From positions 3,067-67,066 of the forward strand of contig MFIU01000004.1 of NCBI GenBank assembly GCA_001778985.1: a DNA stretch of 64,000 nt. The letters are read 5' to 3'. This DNA is from Candidatus Giovannonibacteria bacterium RIFOXYD1_FULL_48_21 (GTDB lineage: Bacteria; Patescibacteriota; Minisyncoccia; JACPKW01; UBA11713). Positions 37,900-46,647 of the stretch are shown here, piece by piece. The position numbers and the translations under genes were made by a program. The notes below the pieces were generated by a model that saw only the letters and a list, made by a program, of their open reading frames with translations, had not been told where the DNA came from and did not search any database. Position 1 is the stretch's first letter. Each line of letters starts with the position of its first letter.

Positions 37900-38871
37900 A
37901 TGAATACTGAAGAATATAAAAAAATAGATTGGAACAAACTACTTCGTAAGGACTTGGGCGAGTATAGTTTGGAAGTGGCGAAGCCAAATCTCGACAGAAT
38001 AAAGTCGATATTTGACGAGATTTTGAATTATCCAAACCTCGATCAGCTATCTGATAATTTTAAAAATCAGATTCAATCACAACTTAATTCCTTGGTGCAA
38101 TTTGCGAATCAGATTGTAAATAACTTTCAAAATACGAGTGAGCGTCAAACTTGGATCAATAATATAAAAAATAAGGAGTTCGAAGTTTATCAAAATCTCT
38201 CAAATATCTATGGGTATATAAAGGATTTTGATCCGGCAAGAGATGAACGGCTGAAAGATGTTATTAAAAAGTCAGAGGAACGTATAAAAAAGTTAAATGA
38301 GGATTTAAGTAAAACAGAAGCTCTTTTGCAGCAGGCGCAGAAAAAGGCAGTTCAAAGCGAAGTAATGGAATATGGAAACTTCTTTGGAAATGAGGCGGTA
38401 AAAAACGAGAGAACGGCAAAAATAAACCGATGGCTAATGTTCGGAAGTGTTGCTTTAACTGCTGTGCTCTCTGTTATCTTTCTACAAAACATCAAATTTG
38501 TTTCATCAGAAGAAATGACATTTTTTGAAAATGTCCTACAAACTATAAATGCACAAAACATACTTATAAAGTTTGTTTTGCTCTCGCTGGGCGGTTTCTT
38601 GATTGCTCATTTTTCAAAAGTACATTCAACGGAGAAAAACTTGTATAACCTCAATATCCAGCGACAAAATGCGCTTAATTCTCATAAACAAATTCTTGAT
38701 TCAGTAGTTGCTACTGAAAGTGAAAATGAGAAAGAAGTTAGAAACGCGATTTTACTTGAACTTACTAAAGCAATTTTTGCTAACCATGAGACCGGTTACT
38801 TGAAGGGTTCTAAAGATAATCCTGGGCCAGCAAGCCAGATAGTAGAGATAACAAAGACTTTACCGAAGTAA
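37900..38871 (+). CDS. hypothetical coiled-coil protein with two TM helices, embedded between the M and S genes
   Basis: 323 aa. About 170-aa Asn/Gln/Lys-rich coiled-coil N-domain, helices WLMFGSVALTAVLSVIFL and ILIKFVLLSLGGFLIAHF, and a 90-aa C-tail. No family. Confidence 0.5.
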   Translation: MNTEEYKKIDWNKLLRKDLGEYSLEVAKPNLDRIKSIFDEILNYPNLDQLSDNFKNQIQSQLNSLVQFANQIVNNFQNTSERQTWINNIKNKEFEVYQNLSNIYGYIKDFDPARDERLKDVIKKSEERIKKLNEDLSKTEALLQQAQKKAVQSEVMEYGNFFGNEAVKNERTAKINRWLMFGSVALTAVLSVIFLQNIKFVSSEEMTFFENVLQTINAQNILIKFVLLSLGGFLIAHFSKVHSTEKNLYNLNIQRQNALNSHKQILDSVVATESENEKEVRNAILLELTKAIFANHETGYLKGSKDNPGPASQIVEITKTLPK

Positions 38872-38873
38872 TC

Positions 38874-40238
38874 ATGCAGTATTCAATAATCCAAAAATCA
38901 CGACTTGAAGGTGGCCTACGGCTAGACGCGGAATTTTACCATCCGGAAAAATTAGAGGCGATGGAAAAGTTATCTAAATTCGGCATTAGCACTATTGCCG
39001 AGAATTTTCGGAACGTAAAAGAAACTTTTAACCCCCTCCGACATAAGTTAGCTACCACCCCCGCTCGCGTTTTTGATTTGTCTGATGTGAGTTCTTTTCT
39101 ACTGGAAGCAGGAGCAAAAGTAGAAAAAGCCGATGAAGTCGGCTCTACAAAAAAGATTATTCGCCAAAATGATGTTTTGATTTCTCGCTTGAGGCCTTAT
39201 CTCAAGGAAGTTTCTTTTGTGGGGTTTAATGAGGTTCAAAAACTGGCTTCAACCGAGTTTGTGGTTTTACGAAAAAAGAAGGATTCAAAGTTTCCTCCGC
39301 AAGCCCTTTTTGCATTTTTAACAACAGACGAAGTTCAAAATATTTTATTCTGGAGTCAAGGAGGAACAGAACATCCTCGCTTTTCCGAAAATCTTTTGAT
39401 GGGCTTAAAATTGCCGAAAACTTCGGAAAAGATGGCAGAAAGTATCGTAGATGATGTTAACGGCACTTACAAAAATTATCTGATATCACAAAATCTTTAC
39501 TCTCAAGCCGAGGATTTGCTGTTGGAAGAATTAGGATTGAAAGATAAAGATTTTGAGATTAAGGACGATTTGGCTTATATCGTCAATCTTTCTGAAATAA
39601 AATCCAACCATCGCGCTGACGCCGAATACTTCCAGCCGAAGTACGAAAACATTATGTCTCTAATTCGCGCGAATGGTGGAACAATGCTTGGCGATTTAGC
39701 AACGATGAAAAAAGGCATTGAGCCGGGGAGTGAGGTATATCAAGATGAGGGCAAACTATTTATTCGTGTAAGCAGCTTGTCTAAAAATGGGCTTGAAGAC
39801 AAAGACCAAAAGTATTTAAGCGATGAATTGTATCAGAAGTTAAAGAAAAATTACGAGCCGAAAGTTGGCGAGATTTTACTAACCAAAGACGCAACGCCAG
39901 GCACCGCTTATGTAGTGAAAGAGCCGATTGAGGGGATTGTTTCGAGCGGCATTTTACGCTTGAAGTTAAAGAATGAAAAGGTGGAAAATGAATATCTGGC
40001 ATTGTGTCTTAATTCCGTAATCGGACAAACTCAAGCGGAGCGCGATGGTGGGGGTTCTATCATTACACACTGGAGACCGGAACAAATCAAAAATGTTTTA
40101 ATTCCGATTTTACCCAAACCCACCCAGCAGAAAATCGCCGACTTAGTCCAAAAATCCCACGAAGCCCGCTCAAAAGCAAAACAACTTTTAGAACAAGCCA
40201 AATATAAAGTTGAACAATTGATTGAATCTAAAAAATAA
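38874..40238 (+). CDS. hsdS: type I-like specificity subunit HsdS (two target-recognition domains)
   Basis: Internal duplication with conserved LDAEFYHPEKLEAMEKL and ADAEYFQPKYENIMSLI spacer motifs typical of HsdS. Confidence 0.75.
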   Translation: MQYSIIQKSRLEGGLRLDAEFYHPEKLEAMEKLSKFGISTIAENFRNVKETFNPLRHKLATTPARVFDLSDVSSFLLEAGAKVEKADEVGSTKKIIRQNDVLISRLRPYLKEVSFVGFNEVQKLASTEFVVLRKKKDSKFPPQALFAFLTTDEVQNILFWSQGGTEHPRFSENLLMGLKLPKTSEKMAESIVDDVNGTYKNYLISQNLYSQAEDLLLEELGLKDKDFEIKDDLAYIVNLSEIKSNHRADAEYFQPKYENIMSLIRANGGTMLGDLATMKKGIEPGSEVYQDEGKLFIRVSSLSKNGLEDKDQKYLSDELYQKLKKNYEPKVGEILLTKDATPGTAYVVKEPIEGIVSSGILRLKLKNEKVENEYLALCLNSVIGQTQAERDGGGSIITHWRPEQIKNVLIPILPKPTQQKIADLVQKSHEARSKAKQLLEQAKYKVEQLIESKK

Positions 40239-40258
40239 TAATGTTAATTTTATAAATT

Positions 40259-41179
40259 ATGGCCAACTTATATTGGAAAAAGGATAAAAAAATATTTGCT
40301 GCCACAGAAACTCCATTTAAAACAGAAGAGGAGCTTGAGCATTATCTTTTAGATACGCGAGGAATTCTTAGCGATATTTATATTTTAAATAGACAAGTGA
40401 GGGCGAGGGCGGTTTCTGGTATAGAAATTCCGGACATGGTTGGAGTGGATAGCGAAGGAACGATTGTGATTATTGAGAACAAAAATATTCCCGTTGATGA
40501 AAAAATTATTTCGCAAGTGCTTAATTATGCACTTTGGGCAGAAGCAAATCCAGATTCAATAAAGAATCTTTGGCTTGAAGCCGAACAAGAGGGCACAGAG
40601 CCCGAGTGGGACAACCTACAAATTCGCATTATTATTGTCGCGCCTGAAATAAAACAACACTTGGCAAAATTTATATCGAAAATAGGATACCCGATCGATT
40701 TATTAGAAATCAAAAAATTCAACATAGGTAAAGACGAATTTATAGTTCTTAATAAGATTGAGGCCAATGTTTTTACTGCAAAGCCGGTTCATGGAAAAAG
40801 GAGCTATGATATCGCTTACTACGCAAAAGGGCATAATAAAGAGAGTGTTAAAAAATTTGAACAAGTTGTAAATCGCGTTGAGAGTTTTATTCACAAAAAT
40901 GGATGGAAATTGGAAAAGAAATTTAATCAAGGATATATAGGTTTCAAATACGGCTTCCCATTGGTTTTTGGTATCCAATGGCTTGGAAGTAGGTCATTTG
41001 GTTTCTTTTTCAAAATGCCTAAATCAAAAATGAAGAAAATCATTGTCCCTGGCCTTGAGTTTAGAGGATATATTGATAGGTGGAGTCAAGTTGAATACAA
41101 AATTAACTCGCCCGATTTTGATATTAAAAAATTAACTCCCTTATTTTTGGCTTCCTACAAATACATAAGGGGGGGGTAA
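40259..41179 (+). CDS. PD-(D/E)xK nuclease-fold protein with uncharacterised C-terminal domain
   Basis: IPDMVGVDSEGTIVIIENKNIPVDEKIISQVLNYALW fits the D-x(n)-E-x-K restriction-endonuclease-like core. About 170-aa C-terminal domain unknown. Confidence 0.5.
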   Translation: MANLYWKKDKKIFAATETPFKTEEELEHYLLDTRGILSDIYILNRQVRARAVSGIEIPDMVGVDSEGTIVIIENKNIPVDEKIISQVLNYALWAEANPDSIKNLWLEAEQEGTEPEWDNLQIRIIIVAPEIKQHLAKFISKIGYPIDLLEIKKFNIGKDEFIVLNKIEANVFTAKPVHGKRSYDIAYYAKGHNKESVKKFEQVVNRVESFIHKNGWKLEKKFNQGYIGFKYGFPLVFGIQWLGSRSFGFFFKMPKSKMKKIIVPGLEFRGYIDRWSQVEYKINSPDFDIKKLTPLFLASYKYIRGG

Positions 41180-41234
41180 AAATTTGTGGCGCACCAGCTA
41201 ACGCTGGCACAAATTCCGTCGGCGCAAAAAGCGA

Positions 41235-41277
41235 GGGCGCGGCGGAAGGGGGGTGTGGGGGGAATTCCGCCGCGCCC
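41235..41277. repeat. perfect 13-bp GC-rich inverted repeat (GGGCGCGGCGGAA / TTCCGCCGCGCCC) with G-rich loop GGGGGGTGTGGGGGGAA
   Basis: Read directly from the sequence, just downstream of the island's last gene. Confidence 0.6.
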
Positions 41278-41501
41278 GAGCCGGAAGCGAAGCGTCAGAA
41301 ATCAGTGTCAGGATTTTCGCGAAAAAAAGTTCGGATTTCGTTCAGGGTGTGGAGCCAGTAGCAAACTTAAGTCATTTTCAGAAAAATTTTTGCGTGCGAC
41401 GCAAAGCGTCGCCCATTGTTTTGCGGGGATTTCTTCAACTTTTTTATTTCGTAAAGTCAGGTTCGAGCCGAATATTTTTTGGAGAACTATAAATAATTTT
41501 T

Positions 41502-41615
41502 ATGGACGAAGAAAAAGAACGGCAAAAAGAAATAAGAGAAAAGCTGGAAAGCGAGGGGCTTGATCCTGACGAGTTTGACGAGGACGAGCAAGAACAACTC
41601 GCCGATTTACTTTAA
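41502..41615 (+). CDS. acidic miniprotein (37 aa)
   Basis: MDEEKERQKEIREKLESEGLDPDEFDEDEQEQLADLL. TATAAAT-like -10 upstream. Stop lies 6 nt before the Zn-ribbon ORF. Confidence 0.35.
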   Translation: MDEEKERQKEIREKLESEGLDPDEFDEDEQEQLADLL

Positions 41616-41621
41616 TCATAT

Positions 41622-41795
41622 ATGGTCAAATTCACACAAAAAGACGACAAAGAACTATATCAATGTGAGGAGTGCGGTTTTCACTATGAATACCGCGAGT
41701 GGGCGGAAAAATGCGAAGCGTGGTGCCGGGAACATAAGAATTGCAATATTGAGATTACTGCTCATGCATTTGAATTATTCTATTTGGGTTATTAA
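41622..41795 (+). CDS. Zn-ribbon miniprotein (57 aa), paralog of 50103..50270
   Basis: MVKFTQKDDKELYQCEECGFHYEYREWAEKCEAWCREHKNCNIEITAHAFELFYLGY. Cys4-5 ribbon. About 65 percent identical to the second copy. Not in the ORF track. Confidence 0.55.
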   Translation: MVKFTQKDDKELYQCEECGFHYEYREWAEKCEAWCREHKNCNIEITAHAFELFYLGY

Positions 41796-41820
41796 TTAAA
41801 AAGAGCTAAAATATAAACAT

Positions 41821-42582
41821 ATGTTTGAACTCAAAAATAAAGTTGCGTTGGTCACCGGCGGGAGGCGCGGCATGGGGAGAACTCATGCTTTGGCTTTGGC
41901 CGGTCAGGGAGCAAAAGTTATTGTTACCGACATTGATGCCAAAGAATGTCTGCCGGTGGTTGAGGAAATAAAATCAAAAGGCGGCGATGCAGCCTGCTTC
42001 AAGATGGATGTTTCAAACGCAGAGGAGGTTAATCAAGTTTTTGACGAGGCCATTAAACAATTCGGTCGCTTGGATATTTTGGTAAATAACGCCGGCATTT
42101 ATTTCTCAAAGCCGGCCTCAGAACTTACTGAAGCGGACTGGGACAAGATGATTGATATTAACCTTAAGGGGCAGTTTCTGTGTGCCCAACGAGCCGCAAA
42201 AGAGATGACAAAGAACAAGTGGGGTCGGATTATTAACATTGCATCGGTTGCCTCCGGGCAGGTTGGTGTCGGCATTGCCGGCGGCGCGCACTATACCGCC
42301 TCAAAAGGAGGAATTATTGGGATGTCGGAAACTCTGGCGGTCGAGTGGGCCCCGCTCGGAATTAATGTAAATGTCGTAGCTCCCGGCGCGATTGATACTC
42401 CGATGGTGCAGGCGGCACAACTGCCAAAGGAAGCAATGGACGCCATGCTCTCCAGAGTTCCATTAAAAAGAATCGGCAGGCCGGAAGAAGTTTCTGCAAT
42501 GGTTGTCTTTCTCGCTTCAGAGGAAGCAAGTTATGTCACTGGTGCCACATTTTATGTGGACGGTGGCTGGTTGGCCGTATAA
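41821..42582 (+). CDS. SDR-family oxidoreductase (FabG-like)
   Basis: VALVTGGRRGMGRTHALAL glycine motif, NNAG, YTASKGG catalytic Tyr/Lys. Confidence 0.8.
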   Translation: MFELKNKVALVTGGRRGMGRTHALALAGQGAKVIVTDIDAKECLPVVEEIKSKGGDAACFKMDVSNAEEVNQVFDEAIKQFGRLDILVNNAGIYFSKPASELTEADWDKMIDINLKGQFLCAQRAAKEMTKNKWGRIINIASVASGQVGVGIAGGAHYTASKGGIIGMSETLAVEWAPLGINVNVVAPGAIDTPMVQAAQLPKEAMDAMLSRVPLKRIGRPEEVSAMVVFLASEEASYVTGATFYVDGGWLAV

Positions 42583-42610
42583 AAACCGAGACATAAATCC
42601 TACCAGCAAT

Positions 42611-42667
42611 TCACCCCGTTAGAGGCAGAGGCACGCTGCGAGCCCTCGCGGCCTCTAACGGGGTTCA
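42611..42667. promoter_or_regulatory. inverted pair of the CCCCGTTAGA motif family (TCACCCCGTTAGAGGC ... GCCTCTAACGGGGTTCA)
   Basis: Long hairpin-capable palindrome 28 nt after the SDR stop and about 190 nt upstream of mscS. A TTGACT follows 25 nt downstream. Confidence 0.45.
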
Positions 42668-42859
42668 CTATCTTAACCTACCAATAGTTGACTATCTTGA
42701 ATGGGGAAATCGAGCCTTTTATTTCCCAAATTGCGGTTCGAAATGCGTGAAGCGCGCGGAACCAGTATAAAACTTCTCTCATTTTCAGAAAAACAGGGAA
42801 AGTATTATATTTGGCTCCCGAATTAAAACCTTCTCAAACTTATGTTAAAATAAATAAGT

Positions 42860-43717
42860 ATGTTCGTGCTTCAAAAATTTGTTCAAAATATAACACCTTG
42901 GTTTCTTGATCATGGCGTAAAAATTGTCGCAATCATTATTGTTGCTTATCTTATCCGTAAATTTGCCGGAATTTTTATTGAAAGAATCATAAGAAAGATT
43001 ATTATTTCCGATCATTTTTTGACTAAAGAAGCGGAAAAAAAACGAGAAGATACTCTTATCCGAATTTTCACCGTCTCACTTGGAATACTTATTTGGCTCT
43101 TGGCCCTTTTGATGATTCTTCAGGAAACGGGTATCGCCATAGGCCCGCTTCTTGCGGCTGCAGGAATTGCTGGTCTTGCTTTCGGCTTTGGGGGACAGTA
43201 TCTCATTCGCGATCTTATCAGCGGCCTTTTTATCATTTTGGAAAATCAGTACCGTCTTGGAGATGTGGCGTGTTTTGACGGAACTTGCGGATTGGTTGAA
43301 GACATCAGCATGCGAATGACAACCTTGCGAGATCTTGACGGAATTGTGCATCATGTTCCCCACGGAGAAATTAAAAGGGTCTCCAATCTTTCAAAATATT
43401 ACGCCAGAGTTAATCTTAATATCGGGATTGCGTATAACTCTGATTTAGAAAAAGTAATTGGCGTGGTAAACCGAGTTGGAAAAGAGCTCGCCGAAGATGT
43501 GCAATGGAAAGAATTTATAACAAAGCCTCCACAGTTTTTGCGCGTTGATGATTTCGCGGACTCGGCGATTATAATTAAAATCCTCGGGGAGACAAAGCCC
43601 ATCAAACAATGGGATGTTGCCGGAGAACTCCGCAAACGGCTCAAAATCGCATTTGACAAAGAGAATATAGAAATTCCATTTCCTCAAAGGGTTATACATT
43701 CCGCGAATAAATCTTAG
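42860..43717 (+). CDS. mscS: small-conductance mechanosensitive channel (MscS family)
   Basis: Three TM helices then GGQYLIRDLISGLFIILENQYRLGDV (pore-helix / beta-domain junction). Confidence 0.75.
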   Translation: MFVLQKFVQNITPWFLDHGVKIVAIIIVAYLIRKFAGIFIERIIRKIIISDHFLTKEAEKKREDTLIRIFTVSLGILIWLLALLMILQETGIAIGPLLAAAGIAGLAFGFGGQYLIRDLISGLFIILENQYRLGDVACFDGTCGLVEDISMRMTTLRDLDGIVHHVPHGEIKRVSNLSKYYARVNLNIGIAYNSDLEKVIGVVNRVGKELAEDVQWKEFITKPPQFLRVDDFADSAIIIKILGETKPIKQWDVAGELRKRLKIAFDKENIEIPFPQRVIHSANKS

Positions 43718-44988
43718 TGGATATGCCCCGAACATATCTTGAAAAAGTCATTTTTTCAAAACAAGTACGCCGGGCGGACTTTTTAAGATTTATGCCGGAG
43801 GGGCAAAAAAGGGAATTATTGAAGCAGGCCTCTTATCTTCAGGGGAAAAGAGTAGTGCATATCAATGCCGTCGCCGATGGCGGAGGTGTCGCGGAAATAC
43901 TCGCAAGCCTCATTCTATACCTGCGCTCTTTGGGTGTTGAAAGCGACTGGTATTTTATCAATCCCGACGTCGGCAAAAGATTTTTTGAGACAACCAATAA
44001 GATTCATAACGCCCTGCAAGGCGCACCGGTAAAAATCAGCGGCCGGGAATGGGATGAATATAAAGAGATAAGCAGACGTATCGCCGAGGAACTGGAAAAA
44101 ATTGATTGCGACATCTTGGCTATAAACGATTCCCAGCTTCTTTTGGCAGGGTATCTCGCGCATCTTACTAAACATAAAATATATTTCAGCCATATTGATA
44201 CCTCCTCGGTTTTTAAACCGGTTTGGAAGAAGCTTCTCCCCGCCATTAAATTTTATCATCGAATTGTTTTCAGCAATCGTGATTTTGTAAACGGCAGTCT
44301 GCCCGGCCGCAAAGTAAAAATTTTCACGCCAGCGATTGACCCGCTGGCTCCCAAACAAAAGATTGTTTCCCAAAAAGAAGCCCGTTTATATTTAAAAAAA
44401 TACGGCGGCGTCCCAGCGCATTGCCCTCTCATCGCGCAGATATCGCGTTTTGATATTTGGAAAAACCCAATGGGAGTTATTCAGGCTTTTCGCATAGTCC
44501 AAAATACGTATCCCAATGCGCAGCTGATTTTGGTCGGCTTTAATACCGCCAATGATAATCCCGCGGCGAAGACGGTTTATAAAGATATTGCGGCAGTTGC
44601 CGGCAAATCCCGCGAAATTTCTTTGTTTTTTGACCCCAAAGGTAAAAATGTTTTGGAGTTTACCGTTATGACGCAAAATGGGGCTGATATCATCGTTCAA
44701 AATTCCATCAAGGAGGGATTTGGCTTAGTGGTAACGGAGGCAATGTGGAAACGACAAACGGTAATTGGCGGCCCGGCTTTAGGGATAAGAAAACAAATTA
44801 GCAACGGCAAAAACGGCTTTATTGTAAAATCTCCAGAGGAAATGGCTCAAAAAATCATTTTTCTTCTATCCCATCCGGCGAAAAGAAGGTTGGTGGGAAA
44901 CTCGGCGAGAAAAACCGTTTTTGGGAGTTTTTTATTCCCACGGTTGGTTTTAGATCATCTTAAACTGTATCGGTCTTGTTTAAAATAA
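43717..44988 (+). CDS. GT4-family glycosyltransferase (TreT-like)
   Basis: HINAVADGGGVAEILASL resembles the TreT N-terminal signature. C-terminal GT-B Rossmann fold with E-x7-E-like region. Confidence 0.55.
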   Translation: MDMPRTYLEKVIFSKQVRRADFLRFMPEGQKRELLKQASYLQGKRVVHINAVADGGGVAEILASLILYLRSLGVESDWYFINPDVGKRFFETTNKIHNALQGAPVKISGREWDEYKEISRRIAEELEKIDCDILAINDSQLLLAGYLAHLTKHKIYFSHIDTSSVFKPVWKKLLPAIKFYHRIVFSNRDFVNGSLPGRKVKIFTPAIDPLAPKQKIVSQKEARLYLKKYGGVPAHCPLIAQISRFDIWKNPMGVIQAFRIVQNTYPNAQLILVGFNTANDNPAAKTVYKDIAAVAGKSREISLFFDPKGKNVLEFTVMTQNGADIIVQNSIKEGFGLVVTEAMWKRQTVIGGPALGIRKQISNGKNGFIVKSPEEMAQKIIFLLSHPAKRRLVGNSARKTVFGSFLFPRLVLDHLKLYRSCLK

Positions 44989-45023
44989 AATCAGATGATA
45001 CTCTCTAAGATGAGTAGACTCGG

Positions 45024-46562
45024 ATGATTTTTCCACAAAAAAAATCCAGACTGAAAATTCTTTTTGTATCGACCGAAGAAACCACTTTTGCCAAAGTGGG
45101 CGGATTGGGCGAGGTGATGTTTTCCCTGCCGCGGGCTTTAAACGAGCTTGGGCATGACGCCAGGGTGATGCTTCCCCGCTACGGCACGATTGACCCTTAC
45201 CTCCATAACCTAAAACTAGAGTACGAAGGCCTGCAGGTTCCCACGGCTCCGGAAAACGGCGGGAAGCGGCTAGTTTGCAACGTGCTCCGTTTTGACCCCA
45301 CTTCAGAGACCAGAAGTCCGGTAACGACATATTTTTTGGAAAACCGGGAATACTATGAACTGCGCTCCAACGCCTACGGCTACAAGGACGACCCCGTGCG
45401 CTTCGCGCTTTTGTCGCGCGGGGCTTTGGAGTTTCTGGCGGACGGGGCAGACTGGCTTCCGGATGTAATCGTGGCCACGGACTGGATGACGGGTTTTATT
45501 CCCAATCTTCTCGCCACGGATTATGCTGAATATAAACGCCTAAAAAATATCGCAACAGTCTTCTCCATCCATAACCTCGAATCCCAGGGACCTTTAAGAC
45601 ACCATCGCTTCATCCCCGAGATGGAGCGGGACGACGGCTATGGTTCCCTGCCGGATTTTTTCTCGGAGCGTATGGAGAATATAAACGCCATGCGCCGCGG
45701 CATTCGCTATGCGGATGTGATTAACACCGTCTCCCTGAAGTACGCCGAAGAGATTTGCACCCCGGAGTTCGGAGAGGGTCTGGACGGGCTTTTGAGGGAG
45801 AGGCGGGAAAGGCTTTTTGGAATTTTGAACGGTCTTGACTACGAAACCAACGATCCGGCCCGGGACCCTCTGCTCGCCAAAAATTTTAATTCCAAAAATC
45901 TGGAGGCCAGAAAAGAAAACAAGGCCGCGCTTCAAAAGCGCTTCGGGCTTGAGTCGGATAAAAACAGGTTTGTGGCCGCAATCGCCTCGCGCCTGACAAG
46001 ACAGAAGGGATTTGAACTTTTATTCAAGGTTGCGGATACCTTTTTGAAAACCAGCCTCGCCCAGCTTATCGTCGTGGGCGAGGGCGACCCGGAGATTATG
46101 ACCGCTTTCAAGGAGCTTGAGAAAAAATGGCCCGGCCAGGTCAGGACCCACCTCCAGTTTGATGATGAACTTCCGCGTCTGATTTTCGCCGGAGCGGATG
46201 CGATTCTCGTCCCTTCTTATTTCGAGCCCTCGGGCCTTATCCAGATGGAAGCCATGCGCTACGGCGCCGTGCCCGTGGCGCGCCAGACCGGCGGACTCGC
46301 GGACACCGTCGAGGATTTCTCGCCGGAAGAAAAACGCGGCACCGGTTTTCTTTTTGAAGAGTATGAACCCTCCTCACTCCTGGTGGCGCTCGTCCGGACC
46401 TGGGAGAACTGGCGGCAAAAAGAGGCCTGGAAGAAAATCCAGAAGAGGGCGATGGAGAAAGATTTCTCGTGGCTGGCTTCAGCCCGGGAATACGAAAAGC
46501 TCTTCCGGCTCGCCCTTAAACTCCGCGCCAAAAACGGCGCTCCGAAAACGGACTTAGAATAA
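45024..46562 (+). CDS. glgA: glycogen synthase (GT5)
   Basis: N-terminal KVGGLGEV motif. Length and C-terminal motifs as in GlgA. Confidence 0.85.
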   Translation: MIFPQKKSRLKILFVSTEETTFAKVGGLGEVMFSLPRALNELGHDARVMLPRYGTIDPYLHNLKLEYEGLQVPTAPENGGKRLVCNVLRFDPTSETRSPVTTYFLENREYYELRSNAYGYKDDPVRFALLSRGALEFLADGADWLPDVIVATDWMTGFIPNLLATDYAEYKRLKNIATVFSIHNLESQGPLRHHRFIPEMERDDGYGSLPDFFSERMENINAMRRGIRYADVINTVSLKYAEEICTPEFGEGLDGLLRERRERLFGILNGLDYETNDPARDPLLAKNFNSKNLEARKENKAALQKRFGLESDKNRFVAAIASRLTRQKGFELLFKVADTFLKTSLAQLIVVGEGDPEIMTAFKELEKKWPGQVRTHLQFDDELPRLIFAGADAILVPSYFEPSGLIQMEAMRYGAVPVARQTGGLADTVEDFSPEEKRGTGFLFEEYEPSSLLVALVRTWENWRQKEAWKKIQKRAMEKDFSWLASAREYEKLFRLALKLRAKNGAPKTDLE

Positions 46563-46647
46563 CGATAAAAATAGCAAAAAAAAGAAAGAGGTAAACCCGT
46601 CTCACATCCAAAGGCCCGGTCAAGGTTCAACACCTGCCAGGCCTTTT

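Noticed and set aside
41560-41799. 79-aa plus-strand ORF from the track
   Set aside because: An overlapping alternative frame gives a 57-aa Cys4 miniprotein that has a clear paralog at 50103..50270. The paralogy favours that frame.
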